Positions 29,643 to 40,549 are shown, counted from the first letter of the stretch. The stretch is DNA of 58,306 nt from Gammaproteobacteria bacterium (GCA_047620145.1 JBLHKO010000004.1:1-58306), one strand, 5' to 3'. Translations and numbers: made by a program. The notes: generated by a model from the letters alone, not told the origin.

Positions 29643-29681
29643 CTGGTCAATATTTCTAGTCAATATCTCTGGTCAACATCT
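29643..29681. repeat. 13-bp imperfect tandem repeat x3 between rplI and dnaB
   Basis: ctggtcaatattt / ctagtcaatatct / ctggtcaacatct. Confidence 0.75.
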
Positions 29682-29706
29682 TCTGATCAGAAAACACTGT
29701 GAAACA

Positions 29707-30159
29707 TTAACTTTTTTCAGCAACAACAATTACTTTTACTTTGGCATTAACTTCAGCATGTAAGTGTATATCAACTTCATATTCACCTAGCGCTCTTAGT
29801 GGACCTTCTGGCAGGCGCACTTCACTTTTAGCCAATTCAGCACCCGCTGTGGTAACTGCCTCAGCAATATCCGCAGCACTTACTGAACCAAATAATTTGC
29901 CTTCTTCGCCAGCGATTCTTTCCACTGTGATTTCTGTTGCATTCAGCTTATCTGCACGAACCGTTGCTGCTTTCAGTCCTTCCACTTGAGCCATTTCTAA
30001 CTCTGCACGACGAGACTCAAACTTCTCAAGATTATCTGCTGTAGCAGAGACTGCTTTACCGACTGGGATTAAATAATTCCGGGCATATCCAGCCGCGACA
30101 TTGACCTTATCGCCCAAGTCACCCAGTTTGTTAATCTTTTCTAATAATATGACTTCCAT
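29707..30159 (-). CDS. rplI: 50S ribosomal protein L9
   Basis: [39 protein letters not shown]. Confidence 0.97.
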   Translation of the reverse strand: MEVILLEKINKLGDLGDKVNVAAGYARNYLIPVGKAVSATADNLEKFESRRAELEMAQVEGLKAATVRADKLNATEITVERIAGEEGKLFGSVSAADIAEAVTTAGAELAKSEVRLPEGPLRALGEYEVDIHLHAEVNAKVKVIVVAEKS

Positions 30160-30291
30160 CTAACTTTCCTCACTTTCTAAGCACACAATATCATAATTTC
30201 CATCATCATTATTCAAGAAATCAGGATAGTTCAAAACAATTCAATACTTACTTTTTAGCCAAAATTTATAGTTATAATTCAATCACATAAA

Positions 30292-31221
30292 TCATGGCTG
30301 TTCTTGATCTTTATCGTCCGGCCTGTTTATATCTTTCGACCTGTTTATCCATGAGTCAACCAGACCCAGGCAGGCAACAAACAGGATTGCCTGAGGCAGG
30401 AAAAGCAGCAAAATATACATCATCACCAACCAAACCAGAGGCATATTTTTTTCAGCCACAATCCTGTGTACCGACGCTAATCCCTGAAACAAATACAAAA
30501 ATATTACGACCACCAATATATCCAGACCTGCCGAGCCCTGCGGTTCGCCGCTAGTAAACAGTAAAATTATGCCTGTCAGTGACAGAAAAATAACTGCACT
30601 TGGTAACCTCAGCGCATAAAATTCCGTCCTGAATCCACCCGGATTAAACAAAACTGATTGCCACCATCGAGAAATAAATGTTGTAACAATCAAGCTGCTG
30701 GCGATACCGCCGGCCATGACCGCATTCATTGCTGGTGCTGCCTGCGCCAGAACTTTCTGATACTGCTCACCGCCACCATCTGGAAATGCATTATTAATTA
30801 ACAATTCCATCCACTGCACCCACCATGCTGGCACGTCAGCGATAGTCCAATGCACAATCAGTACATAAGCTGTGGCAATGGTGCCCGCTGCAAAAACTAA
30901 CCATCCTTGTGACTGTGTTTGTCTCAAGACGCTGCAACAAAAATACACCGGTCCCCAGATACCCAGAGCAAATGCAATCGCCACTTGTGGGTTTGTTCCG
31001 GCCAGAGCAACAAACAGTACGACCAGCAAACCGCAAATGAGCAATACTTGCATTGTATATGCAGGCCCTTTCCTTAAGATAAGTAGACCTGCTGGTACGC
31101 CACTTAATAGATACGATAGTGGCGGAATTATCAATGAAACCACTGTTAACAAGCTAATTGCTATCACTGCTTGCAAGCGTCCAAGCAGAATATAACTGCC
31201 AAGTGCACGCATGATTTTCAA
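30292..31221 (-). CDS. DUF2232/YybS-like membrane protein
   Basis: Multi-pass hydrophobic protein with RWWQSVLFNPGGFRTEFYALRL, in the usual position between rpsR and rplI. Confidence 0.8.
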   Translation of the reverse strand: MKIMRALGSYILLGRLQAVIAISLLTVVSLIIPPLSYLLSGVPAGLLILRKGPAYTMQVLLICGLLVVLFVALAGTNPQVAIAFALGIWGPVYFCCSVLRQTQSQGWLVFAAGTIATAYVLIVHWTIADVPAWWVQWMELLINNAFPDGGGEQYQKVLAQAAPAMNAVMAGGIASSLIVTTFISRWWQSVLFNPGGFRTEFYALRLPSAVIFLSLTGIILLFTSGEPQGSAGLDILVVVIFLYLFQGLASVHRIVAEKNMPLVWLVMMYILLLFLPQAILFVACLGLVDSWINRSKDINRPDDKDQEQP

Positions 31222-31281
31222 ATAACGTTATAGGTATCTGAAGAAAATTTCATCAGATACTAGACTCTAACTATTAACAAC

Positions 31282-31509
31282 CTACTGGTGTGAATCGCAA
31301 TAAGGCAGCAATGCTAAAAAGCGTGCACGCTTGATTGCCGTCACCAACTGTCTCTGGTAACGCGCCTTGGTACCGGAAATCCTGCTTGGTACAATCTTGC
31401 CTGTTTCAGTCAGGTAATTTTTCAGTGTATTCACATCCTTGTAATCAATTTCTTTGACACCATCAGCTGTGAATTTGCAAAAACGTTTACGACGAAAAAA
31501 ACGTGACAT
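31282..31509 (-). CDS. rpsR: 30S ribosomal protein S18
   Basis: [41 protein letters not shown]. Confidence 0.98.
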   Translation of the reverse strand: MSRFFRRKRFCKFTADGVKEIDYKDVNTLKNYLTETGKIVPSRISGTKARYQRQLVTAIKRARFLALLPYCDSHQ

Positions 31510-31513
31510 TTTA

Positions 31514-32080
31514 TTAATCCTCTTTTGTTTCTGTGGTTTCTGCGGAGGCTACCTCTGCAACAGGTTCAGCTACTTCAGTCACTTCTTCTGAGGTCTCTTC
31601 GCTCGCAGTCTCCTCAGCCGAAGATTCACTTGGTTCTGGTACTGCTGCTGCCTCAGCTGCTACTAATGCAGCGGCTGCTCGGACTTTTTCCGCCTCAGCG
31701 GCTGCTACTCGAGATCTTTCTTCTGCTTCAGCTCTAAGCTTAGCGGTGGCCTCTTCTTCTTGCTTCATCTTGGCAAAAAATGATGTCTCCGTAACCGTAT
31801 CATCACGTTTCATTATGAGGTTACGGATAACAGCATCATTAAATCTGAAAGCGCTGCCCAATTCTTCTAATGGCTCGGCACCACACTCGATATTCATCAA
31901 CACATAATGTGCTTTGTGAATTTTGTTTATTGGATACGCCAGGAGTCGTCGACCCCAGTCTTCGAGACGGTGGATAACACCACCACTTGATTCAATCATG
32001 GTACGGTACCGTTCAATCATCGCAGGTACCTGTTCACTCTGATCCGGATGGACCATAAACACTACTTCATAATGTCGCAT
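31514..32080 (-). CDS. rpsF: 30S ribosomal protein S6 with long Ala/Glu-rich C-terminal tail
   Basis: [48 protein letters not shown]. Confidence 0.97.
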   Translation of the reverse strand: MRHYEVVFMVHPDQSEQVPAMIERYRTMIESSGGVIHRLEDWGRRLLAYPINKIHKAHYVLMNIECGAEPLEELGSAFRFNDAVIRNLIMKRDDTVTETSFFAKMKQEEEATAKLRAEAEERSRVAAAEAEKVRAAAALVAAEAAAVPEPSESSAEETASEETSEEVTEVAEPVAEVASAETTETKED

Positions 32081-32090
32081 TATGAGATTT

Positions 32091-32161
32091 CTCCTGGTTT
32101 TAGCAGCCCCCTGACTATCAACATGCCTATTAATATGGCTATTTCACAGTGGAGCAAGAAT
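32091..32161 (-). ncRNA. Probable S6:S18-binding ribosomal leader RNA
   Basis: Minus strand TTCTTGCTCC...AGGGGGCTG...CAGGAG upstream of rpsF. The outer stem would pair with the SD, resembling the known rpsF leader layout; not model-scored. Confidence 0.55.
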
Positions 32162-32173
32162 TAAAGAACGCGG

Positions 32174-32202
32174 ATTCTAGTGGATTTGCGAATAATATTC
32201 AA
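32174..32202 (-). promoter_or_regulatory. Sigma70-type promoter of the rpsF operon
   Basis: TTGAAT (32202-32197), 17-nt spacer, TAGAAT (32179-32174). Confidence 0.65.
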
Positions 32203-32444
32203 CGATTTACCCGCCTTTGGCAGGCTTGAGCATAAGGAAGCTAAGTGATAGAGGAGAATGACAATTAAATAGCCTAACCAACTATTCCTCTGTTGAACCC
32301 ATGGTTTTCACCAACTCCCACAAATAAGTCCATTTATGGGGTATCAACACCACTAAATAAATCGACCACGAACGATTGAGAGTTTTACTGCATCTGCTGG
32401 ATATTCTAATGAATATCCAGCAGATTTTAAGATCAATTAAATAA

Positions 32445-32777
32445 TTATCCTTCTGGAAATGTTACTAAAAGAACACATCCTGGCGCTGATTGTGGTGCAT
32501 GCGATGTCCCCTTAGGATGATGGATAAAACTACCCGCTGGAAAATCCTCTCTGCCGTCACTGAACACACCTGAAATAACATAGACTTGCTCGGGTCCCGA
32601 CTCGTGAACGTCTAAACCAGGGAACACTGCTCCTGGACTAAATTCATACACCTCAGCTCTCTTGCCGTTTTCTCCTTCCCAAAGAAGGCCCATAGTAATG
32701 CCATCTGCACACTCGGTAAGCTCTAGATCGTTCCAGTTGGATGACACCACTCCTTGATAATTTGCTTCTTCACTCAT
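32445..32777 (-). CDS. ChrR-like cupin-domain protein
   Basis: FPGLDVHESGPEQVYVISGVFSDGREDFPAGSFIHHPKGTSHAPQS. Confidence 0.8.
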   Translation of the reverse strand: MSEEANYQGVVSSNWNDLELTECADGITMGLLWEGENGKRAEVYEFSPGAVFPGLDVHESGPEQVYVISGVFSDGREDFPAGSFIHHPKGTSHAPQSAPGCVLLVTFPEG

Positions 32778-32884
32778 TTGATATTGCCCTTCTATTATTA
32801 TAAAAAACCTAGTTAATCGATATTGTAGTTAAATAATTCTTGTCACGATAGATATTTCTAGGGTAGGTATTTGATACATAGCAC

Positions 32885-34585
32885 TTATGTCCCAGTCTTT
32901 ATCCTGGGGACTGCAGCCAATAGCTGTTGCGTATATGGATCTTGTGGGTTGGTTAAGACTTCATCCACAGTACCCTGCTCTACTATTTTGCCTTGATACA
33001 TGACGGCAACATAATGTGCCAAATATTCAACCACACTAATATTATGTGTAATAAACAGATAACCAAGACCCATATTATCTTGTAGATCTTTTAACAGCTG
33101 AAGAATTTGTGCCTGCACAGAAACGTCCAATGCGCTGGTTGGCTCATCACAAACAATGAGTTTTGGTTCCACAGCCAAGGCTCTGGCAATACATATTCTC
33201 TGCCTCTGTCCACCTGAGAACTCATGTGGATAGCGATTTTTATGCACCGACTCAAGACCCACTTTCTCAAGTAGTTCATCAACACGTTTCATTCTTTCTT
33301 GCCTGGAACCACCAATACCCTGGGCAACCATGCCTTCAGCGATGACATCTGCAATCATCATACGTGGATTCATTGATGAATAAGGATCCTGAAATACAAT
33401 TTGAATATCAGATCGTTGTTGTCTTAAGGCTTTACCTTTTAATTGCGTGAGTTCCTGACCATTGAAAACAACACTACCATCAGATGCGCGTAACAATTGC
33501 AGAATTCCTTTACCGAAAGTAGTTTTTCCTGAACCTGATTCACCGACCATCGCTAACGTCTGTCCGCTATGAATGTCGATAGATACGCCGTCTACTGCTT
33601 TTACATAGCCGACCGTTTTTTTCAACAAGCCTTTTTTAATCGGATAATGTACTTTTAGATCGCGTACTTTTAACAGTACATGTTCGTCATTACTTTCTCT
33701 GGTCGCCCAATTAGTGTTCTGCTTTGCTTCCTGCTTTGCTTCCTGCTTTGCTTCCTGCTTTGCTTCCTGATTAGTTACTGCTTCGGAATCGCGTTTGGCC
33801 TTGCTCGGTATTGCTGCAAACAATTCTTGAGAATAGGCATGTGTTGGATGACTGTAAAATGCATCTCTTGAATTCTGCTCAACGATCTTGCCATAACGCA
33901 TTACCGCAACATCATCAGCCATTTCAGATGCCACCGCCAAATCATGTGTGATAAACATAATCGCCATGCCGGTATCTTTTTGTAACTGTCGCAAAAGATC
34001 TAATACTTGCGCTTGTATAGTGACATCCAATGCTGTGGTTGGCTCATCAGCGATTAATAAATCAGGTTCTCCGGCCAAGGCAATCGCAATCATGATTCTT
34101 TGTTTCATGCCACCAGAGAACTGATGTGGATATTCTTGAATTCGACGTTCAGATTCTGGTATCCCCACAGCATCGAGTAACTCAATAGATCTATTCCGCT
34201 GTTCTACACCGCGCATATTTTTGTGACGTTTTAATGTCTCACCAATTTGTTGGCCTACGGTGAGTACAGGGTTCAGAGATGTCTGCGGTTCCTGAAATAT
34301 CATGGCGATTCGTCTGCCACGAATATCACGCATCGCGAACTCAGGTATTGCAAGTAGATCTTCACCATCGAGAAGAATCTTACCTTGATTGATTCGTGCG
34401 GCAGCGGGTAATAAACGCATGATGGACATGGCTGTGATTGATTTACCACTACCTGATTCACCGAGTAAAGCAAAAGTCTCTCCTCGATTGATTGAGAAAC
34501 TTATACCGTCAACAGCAACTTCGACATGATCTCTTTGACCAAAAGAAGTTTGTAGGTTTACTACTTCAAGTAAGGGTGAAGACAT
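32885..34585 (-). CDS. Peptide/nickel-type ABC transporter, fused double ATPase (YejF/DppDF-like)
   Basis: Two Walker A GESGSGKS/T motifs and two FSGGxxQR signatures. Confidence 0.95.
   Translation of the reverse strand: MSSPLLEVVNLQTSFGQRDHVEVAVDGISFSINRGETFALLGESGSGKSITAMSIMRLLPAAARINQGKILLDGEDLLAIPEFAMRDIRGRRIAMIFQEPQTSLNPVLTVGQQIGETLKRHKNMRGVEQRNRSIELLDAVGIPESERRIQEYPHQFSGGMKQRIMIAIALAGEPDLLIADEPTTALDVTIQAQVLDLLRQLQKDTGMAIMFITHDLAVASEMADDVAVMRYGKIVEQNSRDAFYSHPTHAYSQELFAAIPSKAKRDSEAVTNQEAKQEAKQEAKQEAKQNTNWATRESNDEHVLLKVRDLKVHYPIKKGLLKKTVGYVKAVDGVSIDIHSGQTLAMVGESGSGKTTFGKGILQLLRASDGSVVFNGQELTQLKGKALRQQRSDIQIVFQDPYSSMNPRMMIADVIAEGMVAQGIGGSRQERMKRVDELLEKVGLESVHKNRYPHEFSGGQRQRICIARALAVEPKLIVCDEPTSALDVSVQAQILQLLKDLQDNMGLGYLFITHNISVVEYLAHYVAVMYQGKIVEQGTVDEVLTNPQDPYTQQLLAAVPRIKTGT
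33719..33769. repeat. 12-bp perfect tandem repeat x4 encoding (QEAK)4 in the ATPase linker
   Basis: ctgctttgcttc repeated four times, plus ctg. Confidence 0.95.
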
Positions 34586-34602
34586 GGTTTATATTATCAA
34601 AT

Positions 34603-35016
34603 TTATATTGCTTCACCATCAAGCTTAGGAGGGATGGCGCGTGGTTTTCTATTGTCATCTAGGGCAACATAAGTCAATTCTGCCTGGGTCACTTTGATAG
34701 TCTCTAGATTGTTCAAGTTTCTTTGCGCATAGACCTCAACTTCGACAGTAATCGAGGTTCGACCCACTTTGGTGATCTCGGCATAACAACTAACCAGATC
34801 ACCAACAAAAACCGGATGATGAAATTTAAACGAATTCACAGCAACGGTTACTACACGACCTTTGGCACGTGTCAGAGCTGGAATACTCCCGGCAATGTCT
34901 ACTTGCGACATGATCCATCCACCAAATATACTGCCTCCGGGATTGGCATCCCAAAGCATTGCTACAACTCGAAGTGTAGGTTGTTTATCGGGGAGAATAG
35001 CTGTTTTTCCAGTCAT
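34603..35016 (-). CDS. Acyl-CoA thioesterase (YciA-like)
   Basis: DANPGGSIFGGWIMSQVDIAG, PVFVGDLVSC, VGRTSI. Confidence 0.9.
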   Translation of the reverse strand: MTGKTAILPDKQPTLRVVAMLWDANPGGSIFGGWIMSQVDIAGSIPALTRAKGRVVTVAVNSFKFHHPVFVGDLVSCYAEITKVGRTSITVEVEVYAQRNLNNLETIKVTQAELTYVALDDNRKPRAIPPKLDGEAI

Positions 35017-35019
35017 ACT

Positions 35020-36921
35020 TTAATGTCCTTCATACATCGCTTCTATTGATTTTTGATATTTTTCCATCACTTTGGGCCTTTTCACCTTGAGCGTAGGTGT
35101 AATAAGACCCTCTTCTATCGTCCACGGTTCCAGTGTACATGTCACTCTTCTGATTTGTGCATAACCCGGGAACTCATGCAGATTACGCGAGATTCGTTTT
35201 AACAAGATTTCCTCAACATCTGCTTTGGTAAAATCATTCTCTAGAAAGCCATTTTTCTTCGCAAACCGTTTCCATTGATCATTTTCCAATACAGCAATCG
35301 CTGTTAAATATGGCTTTGCTTCACCGAGGATTATTACCTGTTCAATCATTGGATCATCAGCAATCGCTATTTCCATATCTGATGGTGAAACTTTTTCACC
35401 GTTTGCCATGACAATAATCTCTTTTAATCTTCCCGTGATATATATGTATTCATTTTCGATCCTTGCTTGATCACCCGTATGCAACCAACCATCATCAGTG
35501 ATAACTCTCGCCGTCTCTTCCGGACTATTCCAGTATCCCATCATGATGTTGTCACCCCTGGCCATTAACTCATCATTATCTCCGATATAGACTTCTACCC
35601 CGGGAACAACCAGGCCAATACTCGCCGGAATATTATGATCCAGTCGATTCGCGCTAATGACAGGGCTAGATTCAGTCAGTCCATAGCCTTGTACCACCGG
35701 TATACCTAGTGCAATAAAAATTCTGGACATACTGGGTGGCACAGGTGCTCCACCACATATTCCACCTTTTAACTTACCGCCGAAACGTTGTTGTACTTTT
35801 TTTGCGACAAGTAAATAAAGTATTGGCCAAAATAACATGGATACTGAATATTCCCCTCGCCCTTGAGAATATTCAAAACGTCGCCATCCGACATCAATGG
35901 TGACATAAAATAACCATCTTGATATTTTTGATTTGCTATCAATATTTTTTTTAATTCTTGCGTAGACACGTTCGTATATTCTCGGTACCGAAACGATAGC
36001 AGTGGGTCGAATCACCAATAAATCTTCAGCAAGTTGAAGAATACTTCTTGAAAATGCAACCGTCGCACCTGCCATCATTGGCAAGTAATAACCAATTGAC
36101 CGTTCTAGCGTATGTGAAAGCGGCAAAAAAGAAAGGAACACATCATTTTCTGTAATAGAAAAACATCTCAAACCGCTAGATACATTAGATAAGATATTAC
36201 GATGACTGAGCATGACCCCTTTTGGTTTCCCGGTGGTCCCGGAGGTATAAACAATCGTTGCTAATTCACTAGGATCCGAATCATCACTGATTAATTCTGG
36301 AATTGCCTGGCCTTGTGCCTCGTTACTAGTTTGGCCTTGTAGTTGCGCATTATAAATTTCATCGGGCAACCAGTCTTGTGAATAAATTAACTTGGCTTCG
36401 TTAGAAGAACCAAGATTTTCAATCGAGACGACACGATTTACCGTATCAAAACAATGTGTATTTTCTTTAAGCACTGACCATTGTTCAGCATCACCAATTA
36501 CTAATAATTTCGCATCACAATCTTTAAGGATATAGGCCGCGTTATCTGCACGATCCTGAGTATAGAGGGGAACTACAACGAGACCCATGCCTAAAGCGGC
36601 TTGATCAAAAATGACCCATTCACGACAATTTTTTGCCATGATCGCAACACGATCACCTTTGGTGAGTGGTTCTTTTTGTAGTGCTGCCTGCCATCTTGCA
36701 ACTTCGATGCCCATCTTTTGCCAAGTGGAATCTTTCCAAATGGCATTCTCAGGATCAAAATAACGATAAGCTATTGCCGCAGGTGAACGCTTGACTCTCT
36801 CTCTAAATAGGCCTGAAATCGTCACAGCAATATCTTGTGAAATCCTCGAGACTGGGGTATTTACTTCTATTGATGGATCTGAGGTATAGATGATTTTCTT
36901 ATCAATGATTTTTTCAGGCAC
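35020..36921 (-). CDS. fadD: Long-chain fatty acid--CoA ligase
   Basis: YTSGTTGKPKGVMLSH, FLPLSHTLER, QGYGLTE, TGD, GRLKEIIV. GTG start. Confidence 0.85.
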   Translation of the reverse strand: MPEKIIDKKIIYTSDPSIEVNTPVSRISQDIAVTISGLFRERVKRSPAAIAYRYFDPENAIWKDSTWQKMGIEVARWQAALQKEPLTKGDRVAIMAKNCREWVIFDQAALGMGLVVVPLYTQDRADNAAYILKDCDAKLLVIGDAEQWSVLKENTHCFDTVNRVVSIENLGSSNEAKLIYSQDWLPDEIYNAQLQGQTSNEAQGQAIPELISDDSDPSELATIVYTSGTTGKPKGVMLSHRNILSNVSSGLRCFSITENDVFLSFLPLSHTLERSIGYYLPMMAGATVAFSRSILQLAEDLLVIRPTAIVSVPRIYERVYARIKKNIDSKSKISRWLFYVTIDVGWRRFEYSQGRGEYSVSMLFWPILYLLVAKKVQQRFGGKLKGGICGGAPVPPSMSRIFIALGIPVVQGYGLTESSPVISANRLDHNIPASIGLVVPGVEVYIGDNDELMARGDNIMMGYWNSPEETARVITDDGWLHTGDQARIENEYIYITGRLKEIIVMANGEKVSPSDMEIAIADDPMIEQVIILGEAKPYLTAIAVLENDQWKRFAKKNGFLENDFTKADVEEILLKRISRNLHEFPGYAQIRRVTCTLEPWTIEEGLITPTLKVKRPKVMEKYQKSIEAMYEGH

Positions 36922-36959
36922 GCAATCACCCCTTATGCCAGTAGCCCGGAATCATATGG

Positions 36960-38999
36960 CTAGCTAACAGTTTCCCAGCCTGCATCTGCTGTGAATCGAT
37001 CACCATATTTATCACTAAGCTCATTGAGTCTATCAACAATGATCTCGTGACCCGTTTCTTCCACATAATGCATCGGACCACCTCGAAAAGGGGCAAACCC
37101 GGTGCCAAAGATCATGCCCACATCAACCATGTCCTTATCTTCAATCACTCCTTCTCTCAAACAAGCAATGGATTCATTCAACATTTGAAACACAAGTCGA
37201 TCCTCAACATCCTCTGTATTAATGTCTTGGCTGCCCGCTTCAGCTTTAACTTTCACCTGTTTGCCATTTTTATATTGATAAAATCCTTTGCCACTTTTTA
37301 CGCCGAGCTCGCCTGCTTCGACTTTCTTGCGTAACGCATCCGGAACATTCAAGCCGAGTGCCTCACCTAAAATTTCGGCAACAGATAAACAGATATCGAG
37401 ACCAACAGTATCAGCCAACAAAATAGGTCCCATGGGCATGCCAAAATCTTTGGCCGCCTTATCGATGACTTGTGCAGGAACACCATCCTCTAACAAATTG
37501 ACGGCTTCCATAAGATAAGGCATTAAAATTCGATTTACTAAAAACCCCGGCGAACTTTTTACAGGCAAAGGTAAGCGATCAATAACACGACAAAATTTTG
37601 CTGCCTTGGCTTTATTTTCTTCAGATGTATTGTTGCCTTCGACGATTTCCACTAACTGCATCTTGGCTACCGGATTGAAAAAATGTATCCCTACCAACCT
37701 GTCAGGTTGTATTAGTGTTTCACTCAATTCGTCCAGAGGGATACTTGAAGTATTCGTAGCAAGGATTGCGTCTGGCTTTAACAGAGGTTCTATTTGACTG
37801 AATAGATCCTGCTTGGCTTGCTTGTTTTCAATAATTGCTTCGATAATGACATCTGCGCTTTTCACACCTAAGCCTTGATGGTCAGGGATCAATCTATCTT
37901 TGGCCGCTTGCACCAGGTGATTTACCTTCAAACGTTTTTTAAATAATCCATGTGCTCGTTTAATTGCCGGTGCAATAAATTTTGGTTCCCTATCTTGCAG
38001 AGTCACCGTCATCCCTTTTAAGGCACACCAGGCAGCAATGTCACCACCCATAATCCCTGCACCAATGACATGGATATGTTGCGGTTGAAAATCAACACCT
38101 TTACCGAGAGAGTTGAGTCGATCTTGCAATTGAAAGACGCGTACAAGGTTCTGTGCGGTGCCTTCTGTCATGAGTCGTGCGACTGAGACGGCCTCTTCCA
38201 TGAGCATGGTTTTCTCATCACCACCATACTCCTTCCACAAATCAATCAAGGCATAGGGTGCTGGATAATGTGCTTCCGGTGCTCGCTTAGCGACCTGCAT
38301 ACGTAAATATTTTGCTAACAATGGTCTGGCAACGCTAGAACTTGCCATTGCTTTTAGCTTACTTGCTCTGTTAATTTCAGGGCGTTTTAATATGACCATT
38401 TTCGCCGCACGCTTGAGATGTCTTTGAGCTGTTATTTTGTCGACAATACCCATTTTTTTTGCAGCACGTGCATTCACCGTCCGCCCACTCAACATCAGAT
38501 CCATTGCTGCCGGGGCACCAATCAAACGTGTCATACGCATTGTCCCACCCCATCCGGGATGAATCCCCAAGAGTACTTCAGGCAAACCAAGACGCGTCTT
38601 CGGATCATCCAAAGCAATGCGATAATCGCATGCTAATGCCAACTCCATACCACCACCAAGACAAAAACCATTAATCAAACTTAGTGTTGGAAAAGCCAGT
38701 GCCTCAAGTTTGTCAAAGGCAGATTGTCCGACTTTGAGTAGCTCAAGGGCTTCTTCTTTACTTTCAAGTTCAGTAAATTCTTGTATATTCGCCCCCGCGA
38801 TAAAGCCATTCTTTTTATCAGAAAGGATTATCAATCCTTTTGGATTTGCTTCTGCTAGTTGATCAAGAATCAAGAAAAACTCTGCAAAGACGTCTGAGGA
38901 TAAAACATTGGTACTACTTTCAGCCTTATCGAAATGTAACCAGGCGATATCATCTTCATCTGTCTCAAGTTTCCAGTTCTTCCAATTTTTATTTGACAT
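36960..38999 (-). CDS. fadJ: Enoyl-CoA hydratase / 3-hydroxyacyl-CoA dehydrogenase (FadJ/FadB-like)
   Basis: Crotonase domain (CLGGGMELALAC, LPEVLLGIHPGWGG) plus HAD domain (GAGIMGGDIA, GIHFFNPV). Confidence 0.85.
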   Translation of the reverse strand: MSNKNWKNWKLETDEDDIAWLHFDKAESSTNVLSSDVFAEFFLILDQLAEANPKGLIILSDKKNGFIAGANIQEFTELESKEEALELLKVGQSAFDKLEALAFPTLSLINGFCLGGGMELALACDYRIALDDPKTRLGLPEVLLGIHPGWGGTMRMTRLIGAPAAMDLMLSGRTVNARAAKKMGIVDKITAQRHLKRAAKMVILKRPEINRASKLKAMASSSVARPLLAKYLRMQVAKRAPEAHYPAPYALIDLWKEYGGDEKTMLMEEAVSVARLMTEGTAQNLVRVFQLQDRLNSLGKGVDFQPQHIHVIGAGIMGGDIAAWCALKGMTVTLQDREPKFIAPAIKRAHGLFKKRLKVNHLVQAAKDRLIPDHQGLGVKSADVIIEAIIENKQAKQDLFSQIEPLLKPDAILATNTSSIPLDELSETLIQPDRLVGIHFFNPVAKMQLVEIVEGNNTSEENKAKAAKFCRVIDRLPLPVKSSPGFLVNRILMPYLMEAVNLLEDGVPAQVIDKAAKDFGMPMGPILLADTVGLDICLSVAEILGEALGLNVPDALRKKVEAGELGVKSGKGFYQYKNGKQVKVKAEAGSQDINTEDVEDRLVFQMLNESIACLREGVIEDKDMVDVGMIFGTGFAPFRGGPMHYVEETGHEIIVDRLNELSDKYGDRFTADAGWETVS

Positions 39000-39069
39000 T
39001 GCCTATTCCCTCAAACCAAAGGTCGATATTAATTTGGTCATATTTTTTATCCGAATCTTATTCATTCAC

Positions 39070-40410
39070 TCAATCTCGTTCCAACATCATCGCGCCGCCT
39101 TGCCCGCCGCCAATACATAATGAGGCGAGTCCTCTTTTTGCATTATTTCGTTCTAGCAAGTGGCACATGTGCAGTACCACTCTGGCACCACTCGCGCCTA
39201 CGGGATGTCCAAGACTGATACCACCACCATCGACATTCAATTTGGACTGATCAATTTCACCAATGGCTGATCGTGTGTGTAATTCTGTCCGACAATAATT
39301 ACTGTCCTTCCAGGCTTCAACACAAGCCAAAACCTGTGCGGCAAATGCCTCATTGATCTCCCAGTAATCTACATCCTCTACATTCAGTTTGTTGCGTTTC
39401 AGGATTGGTGCCATCGCATGCGCTGGACCCAGACCCATTTGGCTTGGATCAAGGCCTGCCCACTCACTGTCTGCCACTCTTGCCAGAACCGGTAACTGAT
39501 GTTTCTTTACCGCATCTTCGCTGGCCAGAATAACCCAGGCCGCACCATCAGTGATTTGTGAACTATTGGCTGAGGTGACAAGACCAAACTCCTTATCAAA
39601 TACCGGCTTGAGTGTCGCCAGTTTTTCGACGTTTGCATCAGGCCGCACGCCATCATCATGATCATAAAATTTTCCATTACTGTCATACAGCACTTCAATT
39701 TCAGATAAACGACCCTGTTCATTTGCGGCAGTCAGACGTTGATGACTTTGCACTGCATAGGCATCCATTGCCTCACGTGAAATTGAAAAGCGGTGTCCAA
39801 TAATTTCTGCAGTTTGTCCCATGGATAATCCTACAACTGGATCAGACAAACCCTTAAGTAAGGCAATCACGGGGGTTAATAAAGACGGACGGAATTTGCT
39901 TAATAATTTTAATTTACTACCCACATCTCGTGCTGAAGAAAACTTCCCAAACCACGTAGCCATCGCATTGCTAAATAACAGTGGTGCATAACTCATGGCC
40001 TCCGCACCGCCTGCCAGAATTAAATCTGATCGTCCCATAGCAATGTTTTGTGCGGCACAATCAATAGACTGCATTCCAGATGCACAATTTCGCTGTACCG
40101 TCCATGCGGGCACATGATTGCCACAACCGAGTCTTAGCGAAACCACACGGGCAATATTTGCTTCATCGGCAGTTGGCATAATACAACCAAGGATCACTTC
40201 ATCGAGTTCAGCTGGATCAAAGGGTTGTCTGGCGAGTAATTGCCGCCCTGAATAGACCGCCAAATCAGACGCTGTAAACGGGCCAGGGACACCACGTGCT
40301 TTAAGAAATGGCGTGCGATTACCATCGACAATATAAACTGCTCGATTAGATTTTCCAGTTCTTGGCTTGGGTGCTGCTGCTTTTTTGCTTGCCGTTTTTT
40401 TCGTTACCAT
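39070..40410 (-). CDS. fadI: Acetyl-CoA C-acyltransferase (FadI-like thiolase)
   Basis: RNCASGMQS, NEAFAAQVL, GHPVGASG, LCIGGGQG. Start placed at ATG 40410. Confidence 0.85.
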   Translation of the reverse strand: MVTKKTASKKAAAPKPRTGKSNRAVYIVDGNRTPFLKARGVPGPFTASDLAVYSGRQLLARQPFDPAELDEVILGCIMPTADEANIARVVSLRLGCGNHVPAWTVQRNCASGMQSIDCAAQNIAMGRSDLILAGGAEAMSYAPLLFSNAMATWFGKFSSARDVGSKLKLLSKFRPSLLTPVIALLKGLSDPVVGLSMGQTAEIIGHRFSISREAMDAYAVQSHQRLTAANEQGRLSEIEVLYDSNGKFYDHDDGVRPDANVEKLATLKPVFDKEFGLVTSANSSQITDGAAWVILASEDAVKKHQLPVLARVADSEWAGLDPSQMGLGPAHAMAPILKRNKLNVEDVDYWEINEAFAAQVLACVEAWKDSNYCRTELHTRSAIGEIDQSKLNVDGGGISLGHPVGASGARVVLHMCHLLERNNAKRGLASLCIGGGQGGAMMLERD

Positions 40411-40549
40411 GACTCTATCTCCAGGACACACACTAAAACTATCTTAATTATCTATCAAGATGATTCTATGTGATTCAAATTTCTATACTGAGATTAGACT
40501 TATTACTGTGCAGATACCAATGTTATCTCACAATTCCATCCGTAAATAG

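Noticed and set aside
31509-31514. Missing priB between rpsF and rpsR
   Set aside because: Absence of priB is common outside enterobacteria-like and betaproteobacterial lineages.
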